Source: Eledone cirrhosa (Eukaryota). Taken from it: 64,000 nt of DNA. Below are positions 1 through 9,991 of this stretch, piece by piece (within the stretch, counting starts at the first letter, position 1; every line of letters begins with the position of its first letter). The stretch is taken from assembly GCA_964016885.1 (NCBI GenBank), contig OZ024744.1, forward strand, positions 112,840,001 to 112,904,000. Reading direction: 5' to 3'. The notes under the pieces are model-generated. The model did not search any database. It saw only the letters and a list, made by a program, of their open reading frames with translations, and was not told the origin of the DNA. Made by a program: the position numbers and the translations under genes.

Positions 1-138
1 CACATGCCGACACGTACACATAAGGGACCCACGTACATACATATATACACACATATATTTTTATACATATGTCTGCACACATATATATGCTCACCCATAC
101 ATACACACACACACACACGCACTTACATATGCATTCGT

Positions 139-1200
139 TCAAGCCTACTCGTACACACACACACACACAAACACGTATACACACATATATACATATATAG
201 ATATATATATGGAGGCATATGGCTTAGTGGTTAGAGCATTGGCCTTGCAATCGAAAGGTTGTGAGTTCAATTCTCAGACCGGGTGATGTGTTGTTTCCTT
301 GAGCAAGAGACTTTATTTCACATTGCTCCAGTTTACTCAGCTGTAGAAATGAGATGATAGGGACTGGGGTCTCTATCATTCCACTGCAAAGTGGTCGTGG
401 AGGTGCCACGGCAAAAAAGCACCCAGCACTCACTGTAAATGAGGTTGGTGTTAGGAAGGGCATCCAGCTGTAGAAATCATGCCAGAATCAGTTCCCGTCC
501 CACCCTTGCAAGCAGGGAAAAGCGGACGTAAAATGAAATGATGATGATGATGATATATATGTGTGTGTGTGTATGTATATACATATATATATATATATAC
601 CTGTGTGTGTGTGCATGCACTCGCAGACACACACACACACACACATATACATATATACAGACACATACACACACCCATATCTGCACCCACACCCAGATAG
701 ACATATATATATCCAGTATCAAGCCTACTCGTACACACACACACACACACAAACACGTATACACACACGTATACACACATATATACATATATACATATAT
801 ATATATATGTGTGTGTATATACATATACATATATATATACCTATGTGTGTGTGCATGCATTCGCAGACACACACACACACATACATATATACAGACACAT
901 ACACACGCCCATATCTGCACCCACACCCAGATAGACATATATATATCCAGTATCAAGCCTACTCGTACACACACACACACAAACACACACACTCACAAAC
1001 ACGTATACACACATATATACATATATAGATATATATGTGTGTGTGTGTGTATGTATATACATATATATATATATATATACCTACCTATGTGTGTGTGCAT
1101 GCACTCGCAGACACACACACACATATACATATATACAGACACATACACACGCCCATATATGCACGCACACCCAGATAGACATATATATATATCCAGTATA
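139..1200. repeat. Tandem ~235-245 bp unit built from CA/TA microsatellite plus unique anchors; first copy interrupted by a SINE
   Basis: Anchor 'tcaagcctactcgtacacac' at ~139, ~719 and ~953; anchor 'ccagatagacatatatatatccagtat' at ~693, ~927 and ~1171. Confidence 0.8.
211..554 (+). mobile_element. tRNA-derived CORE-type SINE with RTE-derived 3' tail (family A)
   Basis: A box TGGCTTAGTGG at 220-230 and B box GTTCAATTC at 265-273; MIR/CORE-like 'ccttgagcaagagacttt...ccagtttactcagctgtagaaatgag'; tail 'gttggtgttaggaagggcatccagctgtagaaa...(atg)n' shared with RTE 3' ends in this window; flanked by atatatat; second copy at 8414. Confidence 0.88.
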
Positions 1201-1236
1201 TATTTGTTATATATGTTTTGGGTATACCCTTTACAT

Positions 1237-2269
1237 TTGGCAGTATCGGTAGAGGGTTGGACGCCATGTTTTCTACCATAGTTACGTCCCTTTACAGTCT
1301 CAGTTCAAATCTCGCTGAGGTTAACTTTGCCTTTCATCCTTACGGGGTCGATAAAATAAAGTACCAGTAATATACTGGGTAATTGCTGGCCTTGTGCCTA
1401 AAGTAGAAACAATTATTACCATTACCATTATCACCACCATCATTATCATCATCGCCAGCATCATCACAATTATCATCACTATAATTTTCATCACTATTAT
1501 CATCACCATTTCATCACCATTGGCAGTATCGGTAGAGGGTTGGACGCCATGCTTTCTACCATAGTTACGTCCCTTTACAGTCTGAGTTCAAATCCCGCCG
1601 AGGCTAACTTTGCCTTTCATCCTTACGGGGTCGATAAAATAAAGTACCAGTAATGTACTGGGTAATTGCTGGCCTTGTGCCTAAAGTAGAAACAATTATT
1701 ACCATTACCATTATCACCACCATCATTATCATCATCGCCAGCATCATCACAATTATCATCACTATAATTTTCATCACTATTATCATCACCATTTCATCAC
1801 CATTGGCAGTATCGGTAGAGGGTTGGACGCCATGCTTTCTACCATAGTTATGTCCCTTTACAGTCTGAGTTCAAATCCCGCCGAGGTTAACTTTGCCTTT
1901 CATCCTTACGGGGTCGATAAAATAAAGTACCAGTAATGTACTGGGTAATTGCTGGCCTTGTGCCTAAAGTAGAAACAATTATTACCATTACCATTATCAC
2001 CACCATCATTATCATCATCGCCAGCATCATCACAATTATCATCACTATAATTTTCATCACTATTATCATCACCATTTCATCACCATTGGCAGTATCGGTA
2101 GAGGGTTGGACGCCATGCTTTCTACCATAGTTATGTCCCTTTACAGTCTGAGTTCAAATCCCGCCGAGGTTAACTTTGCCTTTTATCCTTACGGAGTTGA
2201 TAAAATAAAGTAGCAGTAATGCACTGGGGGGTAATTGCTGGCCTTGTGCCTAAAGTAGAAACAATTATT
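1237..2269 (+). mobile_element. Four tandem copies (283-bp period) of a tRNA-derived Meta-domain-like SINE (family B) separated by ATC/ACC microsatellite
   Basis: Units start 'ttggcagtatcggtagag' at ~1237, 1520, 1803 and 2086; B box 'gagttcaaatccc'; central 'gcctttcatccttacggggtcgataaaataaagtaccag'; identical minus-strand ORFs at 1321, 1604 and 1887 confirm the period. Confidence 0.9.
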
Positions 2270-2407
2270 CCTATGAGCTTCCCATATGTAATTTTGTTTA
2301 AGGTTTCTATAAGTGCATTAGTTCACGTTAGCACCACAATGCCAACTCTGCCAACATGTGCATCAGAGTGTGTCTGTACCCCTTCCATACACATGCACAC
2401 ATGTGTG

Positions 2408-2675
2408 TATCATGACTCGTGCACTGTTCATTTTACTGATGTTTGTGCATTGCCCTACGTACTGTACATGCACTTTTTGATGAGTTGTGGTGCACCTGGG
2501 CACTGTACACAATATTTCATTATTGTTATTATTATTATATCATGACTCATACACTGTTCATTTTCCTGACATTTGTACATTACATTATTCTATGTACTAT
2601 ACATGCACCTTTGATGAGTTGTAGTGCACCTGAGCTCTGTACACAATAATTTCATTATTATTATTATTATTATTA
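2408..2675. repeat. Two diverged tandem copies of a ~130-bp unit ending in (ATT)n, probably a retroelement 3' end
   Basis: 'tatcatgactc..cactgttcatttt...ttgatgagttgt.gtgcacctg...ctgtacacaata.tttcattatt' at ~2408 and ~2538. Confidence 0.7.
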
Positions 2676-3029
2676 TATCCAGTATATATTTTTTATATAT
2701 GTTTTGGGTATACCCTTTACATTATTCCTATGAGCTTCCCATATGTAATTTTGTTTAAGGTTTCTATAAGTGCATTAGTTCACGTTAGCACCACAATGCC
2801 AACCCCTAACCCAGTCAACATGTGCATCAGAGTGTGTCTGCATATAAGTATATACCGTTATGTGTCACGCTGCATGCAGTCACTCACGTATCCCCCCTAT
2901 GTACTCCTTGTACTTTTCATGTACTTCCCCACGTAATATTTCGCTGTGCGCTAAATGATGTGCAGCATCATGTGCATGCTTGTATGCACTTTCCAAATAC
3001 TTTTATACAGTTTATTTTCATATATGTGC

Positions 3030-3228
3030 GTACGTGCGCGTGTGTGTGTGTGTGGGTGTGTGTGTGTGTGTGTGTGAGTGCATATATGTGTGTGTGTGTG
3101 TGTGTGTCTGTGTATATGTATATGTGTGTGTGTGTCTGCGTGTGTATGCACACACATATGTATATATTTGTATGTATATATATATGTATGTATATATATA
3201 TACACACACACATATATATATTTGTATG

Positions 3229-3279
<51 letters not shown>

Positions 3280-3525
3280 TTGTATGTATATATATATATA
3301 CACACACACACACATATATATATTTGTATGTATATATATATATATATGTGTATGTATATATATATACACACACACACATATATATATTTGTATGTATATA
3401 TATATATACACACACACACATATATATATTTGTATGTATATATATATATATATGTATGTATATATATATACACACACACATATATATATTTGTATGTATA
3501 TATATATATATGTATGTATATATAT

Positions 3526-3561
<36 letters not shown>

Positions 3562-3567
3562 GTATGT
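3030..3567. repeat. Compound (GT)n/(CA)n/(TA)n microsatellite with a ~40-50 bp higher-order unit
   Basis: Recurrent '(ca)n tatatatatttgtatgtatatata' blocks. Confidence 0.9.
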
Positions 3568-3651
3568 AAAAGGTAAACAGAAATAACAACACAATCGGTA
3601 CAGTATATGGAAGGAATATATTAGGTTAACGCTTGATATAGCAGGAAGAGG

Positions 3652-3687
3652 TCTTAACGTTTCGGACACTAGTCCTTCATCAGAAGA
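3652..3687 (-). ncRNA. Minimal type I hammerhead ribozyme motif (Penelope-like element type)
   Basis: Reverse strand reads tctt-CTGATGA-a-GGAC tagt GTCC-GAAA-CG-TT-aaga: intact core, 4-bp stem II, palindromic loopless stem III (ACGT), 4-bp stem I, GUU triplet. Confidence 0.65.
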
Positions 3688-4001
3688 AAGAATGAAAAAT
3701 AAGATAGATTGAGGGGACGGGCGGGATGGAATTGGAAAAAATGTCTTTAGATAAAAATAAGAGGTCCATTCATGGTGTCATCTCTTGCAAAATGTTGGTG
3801 CTGGCGTTTTGTGCATGATTTGTTTTTTAGAAAAGTGGATGATGGAGCGCGTCTACCTGAAATGGAAAAAAAAAAAACTTTTTGTAAAAAGAGCTAAACT
3901 TGAGCACGTGCGTAAGCATGAGTTAGTGTGTGTGTGTGTGTGTGTGGGGGGGGGTTATAGGTCCGTACGAAGCTAAGAAGAAATGTGTGTATATGTGAGT
4001 A

Positions 4002-4036
<35 letters not shown>

Positions 4037-4173
4037 ATAATGTATATATGTGCGTATACGTGTTTGTGTGTGTGTTGTGTGTGTCTGTTGCATTTTCGAT
4101 TTCATCTTTTTTCCTTATACTTTCACTCGTGTAGGACACCTTGTTTTGTTTCATTTTGTAAAAAAAACCTCAC

Positions 4174-4211
<38 letters not shown>

Positions 4212-4483
4212 ATAGGAAAATGTTCAAGACCCCGACGGCAGAACTCAAGCCGTTTAAACAGCTATTCCTTGACTATATATATATATATATATATATTTAA
4301 GAGTTAAACAAGATTCAATGAATACATCAAAGAATGTGTTTTACAGTAGATTGGAAGCACTCTACAAAAAATATTTTCCAGAGTTATTAATATTGATTAA
4401 ATCTTTTTAATATTAATATTGATTAAATATTAATATTGATTAAATCTTAACCATCTACCATGTCAGGGTATGTCATGTATCAT

Positions 4484-4551
4484 TTTATTTTATCTGATGA
4501 GGACGTACTGTTGAACTTAATTCAGTACCTCTGAAATATGTATAATAAAAT
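4484..4551 (+). ncRNA. Degenerate hammerhead-like motif (Penelope-type relic)
   Basis: CTGATGA at 4494-4500, stem 'gtactg...cagtac', GAAA at 4533-4536; stem III and cleavage triplet are poorly formed. Confidence 0.35.
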
Positions 4552-4616
4552 ATACTTGATCCCAAGAATAGCTATTTTGTTAATATTTGGAATTAATATA
4601 TATATATATATATATA

Positions 4617-5232
4617 GGAAAAAGTATGACCCCGACGGCAGAGCTCAAGCCGTTTCGACGGCTATCCCGCTGTGACCCGTCTATTTCGTTCTTACCGCTT
4701 CCTCTTTCTCTGTATCTTTACCCTCTCTAACAGTCACTCTCTCTGTTAGCCTCTTCCTCACCCTTCACTCACTCACTCTCTGCTACTACCTCTCCTACTT
4801 CCTCCCGTTTGACCTGTGCGTAATTCTTTTCTCGCGCACGCTTGACCAGGCTGGTTGTTCCTTTTCTCTCTCTTGTCTACGATTTCACAGAACTTATGTT
4901 CACCGAATTCACGGACTGGACTCCTTCTTCCTCCCGTTTGACCTGTGCGGAATTCCTTCCTTGCTCACATTTCAACCAGGTTTGATGGTCTTTATTCTCT
5001 CTCGTTCACGATTTCACCAAACTTATATTCATGGAAATCTGGGACTTGACTCTTTCTTCCTCACTTTTTGTTGCTTTACCATCTTTGTTTGTTTACATTC
5101 TCGCTTGTGTCCCCTTTATTTACGTGTCCCAACGACTTTCTTTAGCCGTTGCTCGCACCAACCGGAGGTATATGGTCTTTAAAGCGATGAAATACCAATG
5201 ATGGTTGGAAGATCACTGATGAAGGACTAACT
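4617..5232 (+). mobile_element. Unclassified repeat between TA microsatellites, possibly Penelope-like terminal repeat sequence
   Basis: Its first ~55 nt recur at 4216-4270; internal ~130-bp duplication (~4798 and ~4927); it ends in 'ctgatgaaggacta', identical to the start of the hammerhead core at 3652-3687. Confidence 0.45.
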
Positions 5233-5260
5233 TTATTCATATATATATATATGTATATAT

Positions 5261-5900
5261 ATCATCATATCATCAGCATCTGTCTATTTTTCCACACTTG
5301 CATGAGTCAGACAGGTTGTCACATTATAAGACAAGTCAGGTCAAGTGACCATGTCTTGCTCTTATGGATCTGTATTTTGGCTAGGTTTCTATGTTAGTAT
5401 GCCCTTCCTAACTGTACTCCACATTACTGTGTGGGCTGGGGGCTTTTTGTTGTGTCACCAAAATGAACATGTAACAGAGTCGACTGGGTGCATTTTCATG
5501 TCACCAATATAACCACTGTACAGGGTAAACTGGGTGCTTATTTGTTGTGTTACCAGCATGACCACCTTACATAGTGGAGCAGGGGCTTTTGTCTTTTCAC
5601 CAGCTTAACCACCTAACAGGGTGGACGGCTGCCCTTTTATGTCACCAGCACAAAGCCCTTATATAGTAGACTAGGGGCTTTTCTTGTGTCACCAGCATGA
5701 CCACCTTACATGCTGGAATGAGAGCTTTTAGCCATTTTGGCAGCATTGGGATAAATGTGTCCTGCTTTCCAAGCTTGTATGGGTTGGACAAGAGAGCTAT
5801 ATTAGATGTGGAAGGGTGGGGATTGGGGGAGGGTGTGGTGCATGTATGCAGGACAAGGTTTGGAGAGATATGTCTAAAGTGGGGGTACTTAGCCGGGGAA
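5261..5900 (-). mobile_element. Old RTE 3' end with about 7 degenerate 46-49 bp tandem units
   Basis: (atc)n tail, 'ggtttctatg...atgcccttcctaac' as at ~13577 and ~59004; units start at ~5419, 5467, 5513, 5562, 5609, 5655 and 5701. Confidence 0.72.
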
Positions 5901-6020
5901 GGAGGAGTATGTTAAGACATGTGAAGTGTATGGATGAGAGGGGTATATAAGTATTAGAGTGAGAGAAGGGGAAAACAGGTGTAGGAGTGTCAGAGAGAGG
6001 GAGAGTGACACACACATGTA

Positions 6021-6552
6021 ATAGACACCCTATATATTTCCAGGGGTACTTAGTACCTGTGGGGATATTGATCTCCTTTTTATATATTCTCCGTTATGTA
6101 GAGAACAAATCCGTTGTTTTATTTAGCTGCTATTTTTAGTGGTGTGATAGACAACATATCTATGTTTACTTCTGCTTCTACTAAGGGCTGGTTCATGCAC
6201 AGGTCAACTTTACAGCCTCATTCGATCCTGTACTAACCGGCAGATGGCAATGTATTTTGCCATTCCTGGGACTTCTTTACGTCCTAGGTAGGGAAAATGC
6301 TTTCCATTGGAAGTCCCTAGGATCTCCAATCTTTTGTAAGGTGAAACCGTCGGTAAAAGCAAAAGGAATAGGTGAATATTTAAATTAGATTTTTTAATTT
6401 ATTTAAAAAAATTGTTTGAATCTTGCTTGCTCCGCTTATCTCAATTTTATAGTACTGGTATGTCAAATTAATACCATAGATCAACCACTGTACCATAGAC
6501 ACCCTATATATTTCCAGGGGTACTTAGTACCTGTGGGGATATTAATCTCCTT
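6021..6552. mobile_element. ~530-bp element bounded by 58-bp direct repeats
   Basis: 'atagacaccctatatatttccaggggtacttagtacctgtggggatatt.atctcctt' at 6021-6078 and 6495-6552 with one mismatch; ends in a TA run. Confidence 0.65.
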
Positions 6553-6635
6553 ATATATATATATATATATAAATGAAGTAATTCCGTCGGAAAAGTCCAG
6601 GAAAAAAGAGTGCTCTATGTAGGTAACAGAGCTTA

Positions 6636-6783
6636 ATAGTTATGTAATAAACAACATAAGGCAATCATTTCATTTCCCAGTGGTTTCTTATTATTCTTAT
6701 TATTCTGATGATTGAAAGCAACATTTTTTTGTTTTTAAGAAACCACTGGTAAATGAAATAATTGCCTTATGTTGTTTATTACA

Positions 6784-6790
<7 letters not shown>
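6636..6790. repeat. Inverted repeat with 55-bp arms and a 45-bp spacer
   Basis: 6636-6690 is the reverse complement of 6736-6790 with 2 mismatches. Confidence 0.9.
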
Positions 6791-6823
<33 letters not shown>

Positions 6824-7077
6824 CTTCATCATTTTTAACAGTAACCAATAATGATGATGATGGTGGTAATGATATACATGGTGAAAAGTGAGGGAGAACA
6901 GATGTGGCTGTGTCAGTCAGAGAGAGAGAGAGAGAGAGAGAGTGAATGGCAGGGGAAGGCCAATGATAGCTCTGAGGGAGTGAGGCGGAGAAAGTGTGTG
7001 TGTGTGTGTGTGTTTACAGACCAAAGAGAATAAAAGGTGTGTTTATGTGTTGAGAGAGAGAGAGATGTGCAGTTTAC

Positions 7078-7122
<45 letters not shown>

Positions 7123-7413
7123 AAAACAAGGTCTAGTGTGTTTGTGTCACCATCGTTTTTACATCCGTTATTTTCCACGTTTGCATTGGTTAGCCAGGTC
7201 CTTTTCAGCACAGTATCTCTTCACTCAGCTGTGTCTGTGTTCTTTGTGTGTGTCAGAGAAATATAGGGACTGTGTATAAGGCAGAAAGAGTCTAGGGAAA
7301 ACAGTTGGTAAATGATATACGCACATACATACATACATAATGATGGCTGTCCGCTTGTTATCGAGTATGGCCATTGCACGAAAAAATAATAATAATAATA
7401 ATAATTATTATTA

Positions 7414-7608
7414 TTATTTCTACTTTTGGCACAAGGCCAGCAATTACCCAGTACATTACTGGTACTTTATTTTATCGCCCCCCCCCCCCCCCGTAAGGAT
7501 AAAAGGCAAAGTTAACCTCGGCGGGATTTGAACTCATAAAGGGACGTAACTCTATGCTTCAAAGCATGGTGTCCGACTCTCTACCGATACTGCCAATCCA
7601 CCGCCCTT
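7414..7608 (-). mobile_element. SINE family B, full-length copy in (AAT)n
   Basis: Reverse complement of the 1237 unit with the additional 5' end 'aagggcggtgga'. Confidence 0.88.
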
Positions 7609-7680
7609 ATAATAATAATAATAATGATTTCATTTATTAGCCACAAGGGCTGACATGTAGGAGACAATACAAAGACGGGC

Positions 7681-7713
<33 letters not shown>

Positions 7714-7716
<3 letters not shown>

Positions 7717-7905
7717 TGTTTCTACTTTTGGCACAAGGCCAGCAATTACCCAGTGCATTACTGGTACTTTATTTTATCGACCCTGTAAGGATGAAAGGCA
7801 AAGTTAACCTCGGCAGGATTTGAACCCAGATCAGAAAGGGGCGTAACTCTGTGCTACAAAGCATGTTGTCCGACCCTCTACCGATACTGCCAAACCACCA
7901 CCCTT
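7714..7905 (-). mobile_element. SINE family B, full-length copy in (AAT)n
   Basis: Same family as 7414-7608; flanked by aat repeats on both sides. Confidence 0.88.
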
Positions 7906-8413
7906 ATAATAATAATAATAAAATTATATACACACACTCACACATATCTATATATACACATACACATACACACACACACAATAACAATTAACGGTGCTGC
8001 GATCGAATGTTGCTTTTTAGCCCAGCCAATGATCTAAAATATCTTGCACGGAGTCGGCAACCAAAACATTCACTGGCAATAGCCGGCTGTGGCTGGAGGA
8101 GTTGGTGTACTTTTGCATGTCGTTTGAGCCCTCCTGCTGATCTACATTCTCTTCTATATGCTTGACAGGCATGATAAGTAGCATCTCCAACAGCAGCCTG
8201 GTAGTCAACCACTGGTCTCACTTTATGACTGTGAAGATGACTTTTGAGTCCAGCTTTGCTTAGGCAGAGTTTCGCACAGATGCTGCATGTCAGCGCCATA
8301 GGAGGAGCTTCGCTGTCTGCAACAGCAATGCCCTTCCTCACATCCCCTTTTTCTTTCTCGTATGCAATTCGAGATGCCTCAAAGGGAACTTGGTGCTTTG
8401 TTTTATCAACCCC

Positions 8414-8745
8414 ATGGCTTAGTGGTTAGAGCATTGGGCTTGCAATCGAAAGGTTGTCAGTTCAATTCTCAGACCGGGTGATGTGTTGTTTCCTTGAGCA
8501 AGACACTTTATTTCACATTGCTCCAGTTTACTCAGCTGTAGAAATGAGATGATAGGGACTGGGGTCCCTATCATTCCACTGCAAAGTGGTCGTGGAGGTG
8601 CCACGGCAAAAAAGCACCCAGCCCTCACTGTAAATGAGGTTGGTGTTAGGAAGGGCATCCAGCTGTAGAAATCAAGCCAGCATCAGTTCCTGTCCCACCC
8701 TTGCAAGCAGGGAAAAGCAGACGTAAAATGATGATGATGATGATG
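8414..8745 (+). mobile_element. SINE family A copy
   Basis: Near-identical to 211-554 (compare ORFs 224..463 and 8419..8658); (atg)n tail. Confidence 0.9.
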
Positions 8746-8811
8746 GGGATAAAGGGCAGGGTTGAGCTCGGAGCGTAGAGGGCCATAGCTCTGTGCCGTA
8801 AACCAATTATA

Positions 8812-8926
8812 ATAATTGTCCCTACTTTTGGCACAAGGCCAGCAATTACCCCAGTGCATTACTGGTACTTTATTTTATCGACCCCATAAGGATGAAAGGC
8901 AAAGTTAACCTCGGCGGGATTTGAAC
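8812..8926 (-). mobile_element. SINE family B, 5'-truncated copy
   Basis: Matches family B from the B box to the 3' end. Confidence 0.85.
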
Positions 8927-9054
8927 TTAGTGAACAGCAACACATGAACAGCTTCAGTTATACGAACATACATACATATACACATATATACATACATATA
9001 TACATATACACATATATACATACATACATATATACATATATACATATATACATA

Positions 9055-9570
9055 TATGGTGGCTGCCAACTCGTTTTCGAGTACGGCCACTACTTTATAT
9101 CCATGTAGGAGAACCCCTACCGATGCGCTGAACGAGTGTGACTTTTTAGTCCAGCCAGCGACTTGAAAACTCTGGTACTAACACTACACTTGTGACAATT
9201 ACTGACACATAGTGCTGGGCCCATGGTACCATGTGACGACAAGTGCAGAGAGATCTCCAGATATAAAGCAATGCCTGTGCCGTGAAGCTTTTATAGTGAG
9301 CAAAGGCACTGCACAAAGCCAGTCCCACTCTCTTAACCAAGATGATATTTACCAAAAAGAAGAACAAGTCAACATCATTGGATACCATCAGGGTTGCAGG
9401 TGTTATATCAGAGTTTTCCTTCTCTTAGAGAATTCTGCCTTGACAAAGTCTAAGGGGTCATCTCTCCCGGTGATTTTGGATGGCCATTGACTCTTAAGAG
9501 CTCCTTTGCTCTTTGACAGGTTTTGTTTTTAGTCCTGCAGGATGTCCAAAGTCACCCTCCTCACCAAGAA
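9055..9570 (-). mobile_element. Short internally deleted (bipartite) RTE derivative
   Basis: Minus strand carries an RTE 5'-UTR-like motif 'aaggcag...tctaagagaaggaaaactctgat' (~9407-9443), then CSVSTRVFKSLAGLKSHTRSAHR* (homologous to the end of the 7988 ORF) and a terminal hairpin at 9059-9090 homologous to 7343-7374. Confidence 0.6.
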
Positions 9571-9991
9571 ACCTAGTAGTAATTGTCACCACATCAACAA
9601 CGAGGCTGAAATTCATGACTCTACTGAACAAACAGAACACCAAAAACTTGTGGACACCTTACAAGTGATATGGGACGATATGTTTCAAGAGATACACAGC
9701 CTTAATGTGAGTGACAGACCATACAACACCAGAATCAGTAAAGAACCCACTAAATTGGAATTGGAAGCGGTGAACGAAATAGCTGGCAATTATCTGAAGG
9801 CTATACGATCTAAAGGTGTAGAAACGACATTTGAAACGCTTAATGTTATATGTGTCAGCTGTCATATTACTATCATATAACACACATCTAAAACCACGCA
9901 ATCAAGATACAAACAGAAAGCCTGAACCAACGTGGATGCGAAAATCAAAATTTTGTCCCTGAGATGAAGTATCTCACACATCGCAGTCGTT

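Larger units (their letters stand above)
7340..8413 (-). mobile_element. RTE-clade LINE 3' fragment: ORF C-terminus with three C2H2-like fingers and terminal stem-loop, interrupted by SINEs
   Basis: ORF 8341-7988 has CSICAKLCLSKAGLKSHLHSH, CQAYRRECRSAGGLKRHAKVH and CRLRARYFRSLAGLKSNIRSQH, preceded by 'FEASRIAYEKEK...RK'. Terminal hairpin 'atggctgtccgcttgttatcgagtatggccat' at 7343-7374. Confidence 0.68.

Noticed and set aside
211-283. tRNA gene
   Set aside because: A and B boxes are present but the sequence continues into a CORE-like body and LINE tail and is repeated at 8414, so it is a SINE head.
4-4307. Many 60-250 aa ORFs rich in H/T/Y/I/C/V
   Set aside because: They are translations of CA/TA/GT microsatellites, open in several frames and on both strands.
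7988-8341. Host C2H2 zinc-finger gene
   Set aside because: No TGEKP linkers, degenerate metal ligands, RTE-like upstream residues and an RTE-type terminal hairpin; a homologous end occurs at ~9120-9190.
9055-9545. 5' UTR or HDV-like ribozyme of the R4/Dong element, with ATG 9542 as its start
   Set aside because: The segment reads as a minus-strand RTE derivative and no HDV fold could be built by eye.
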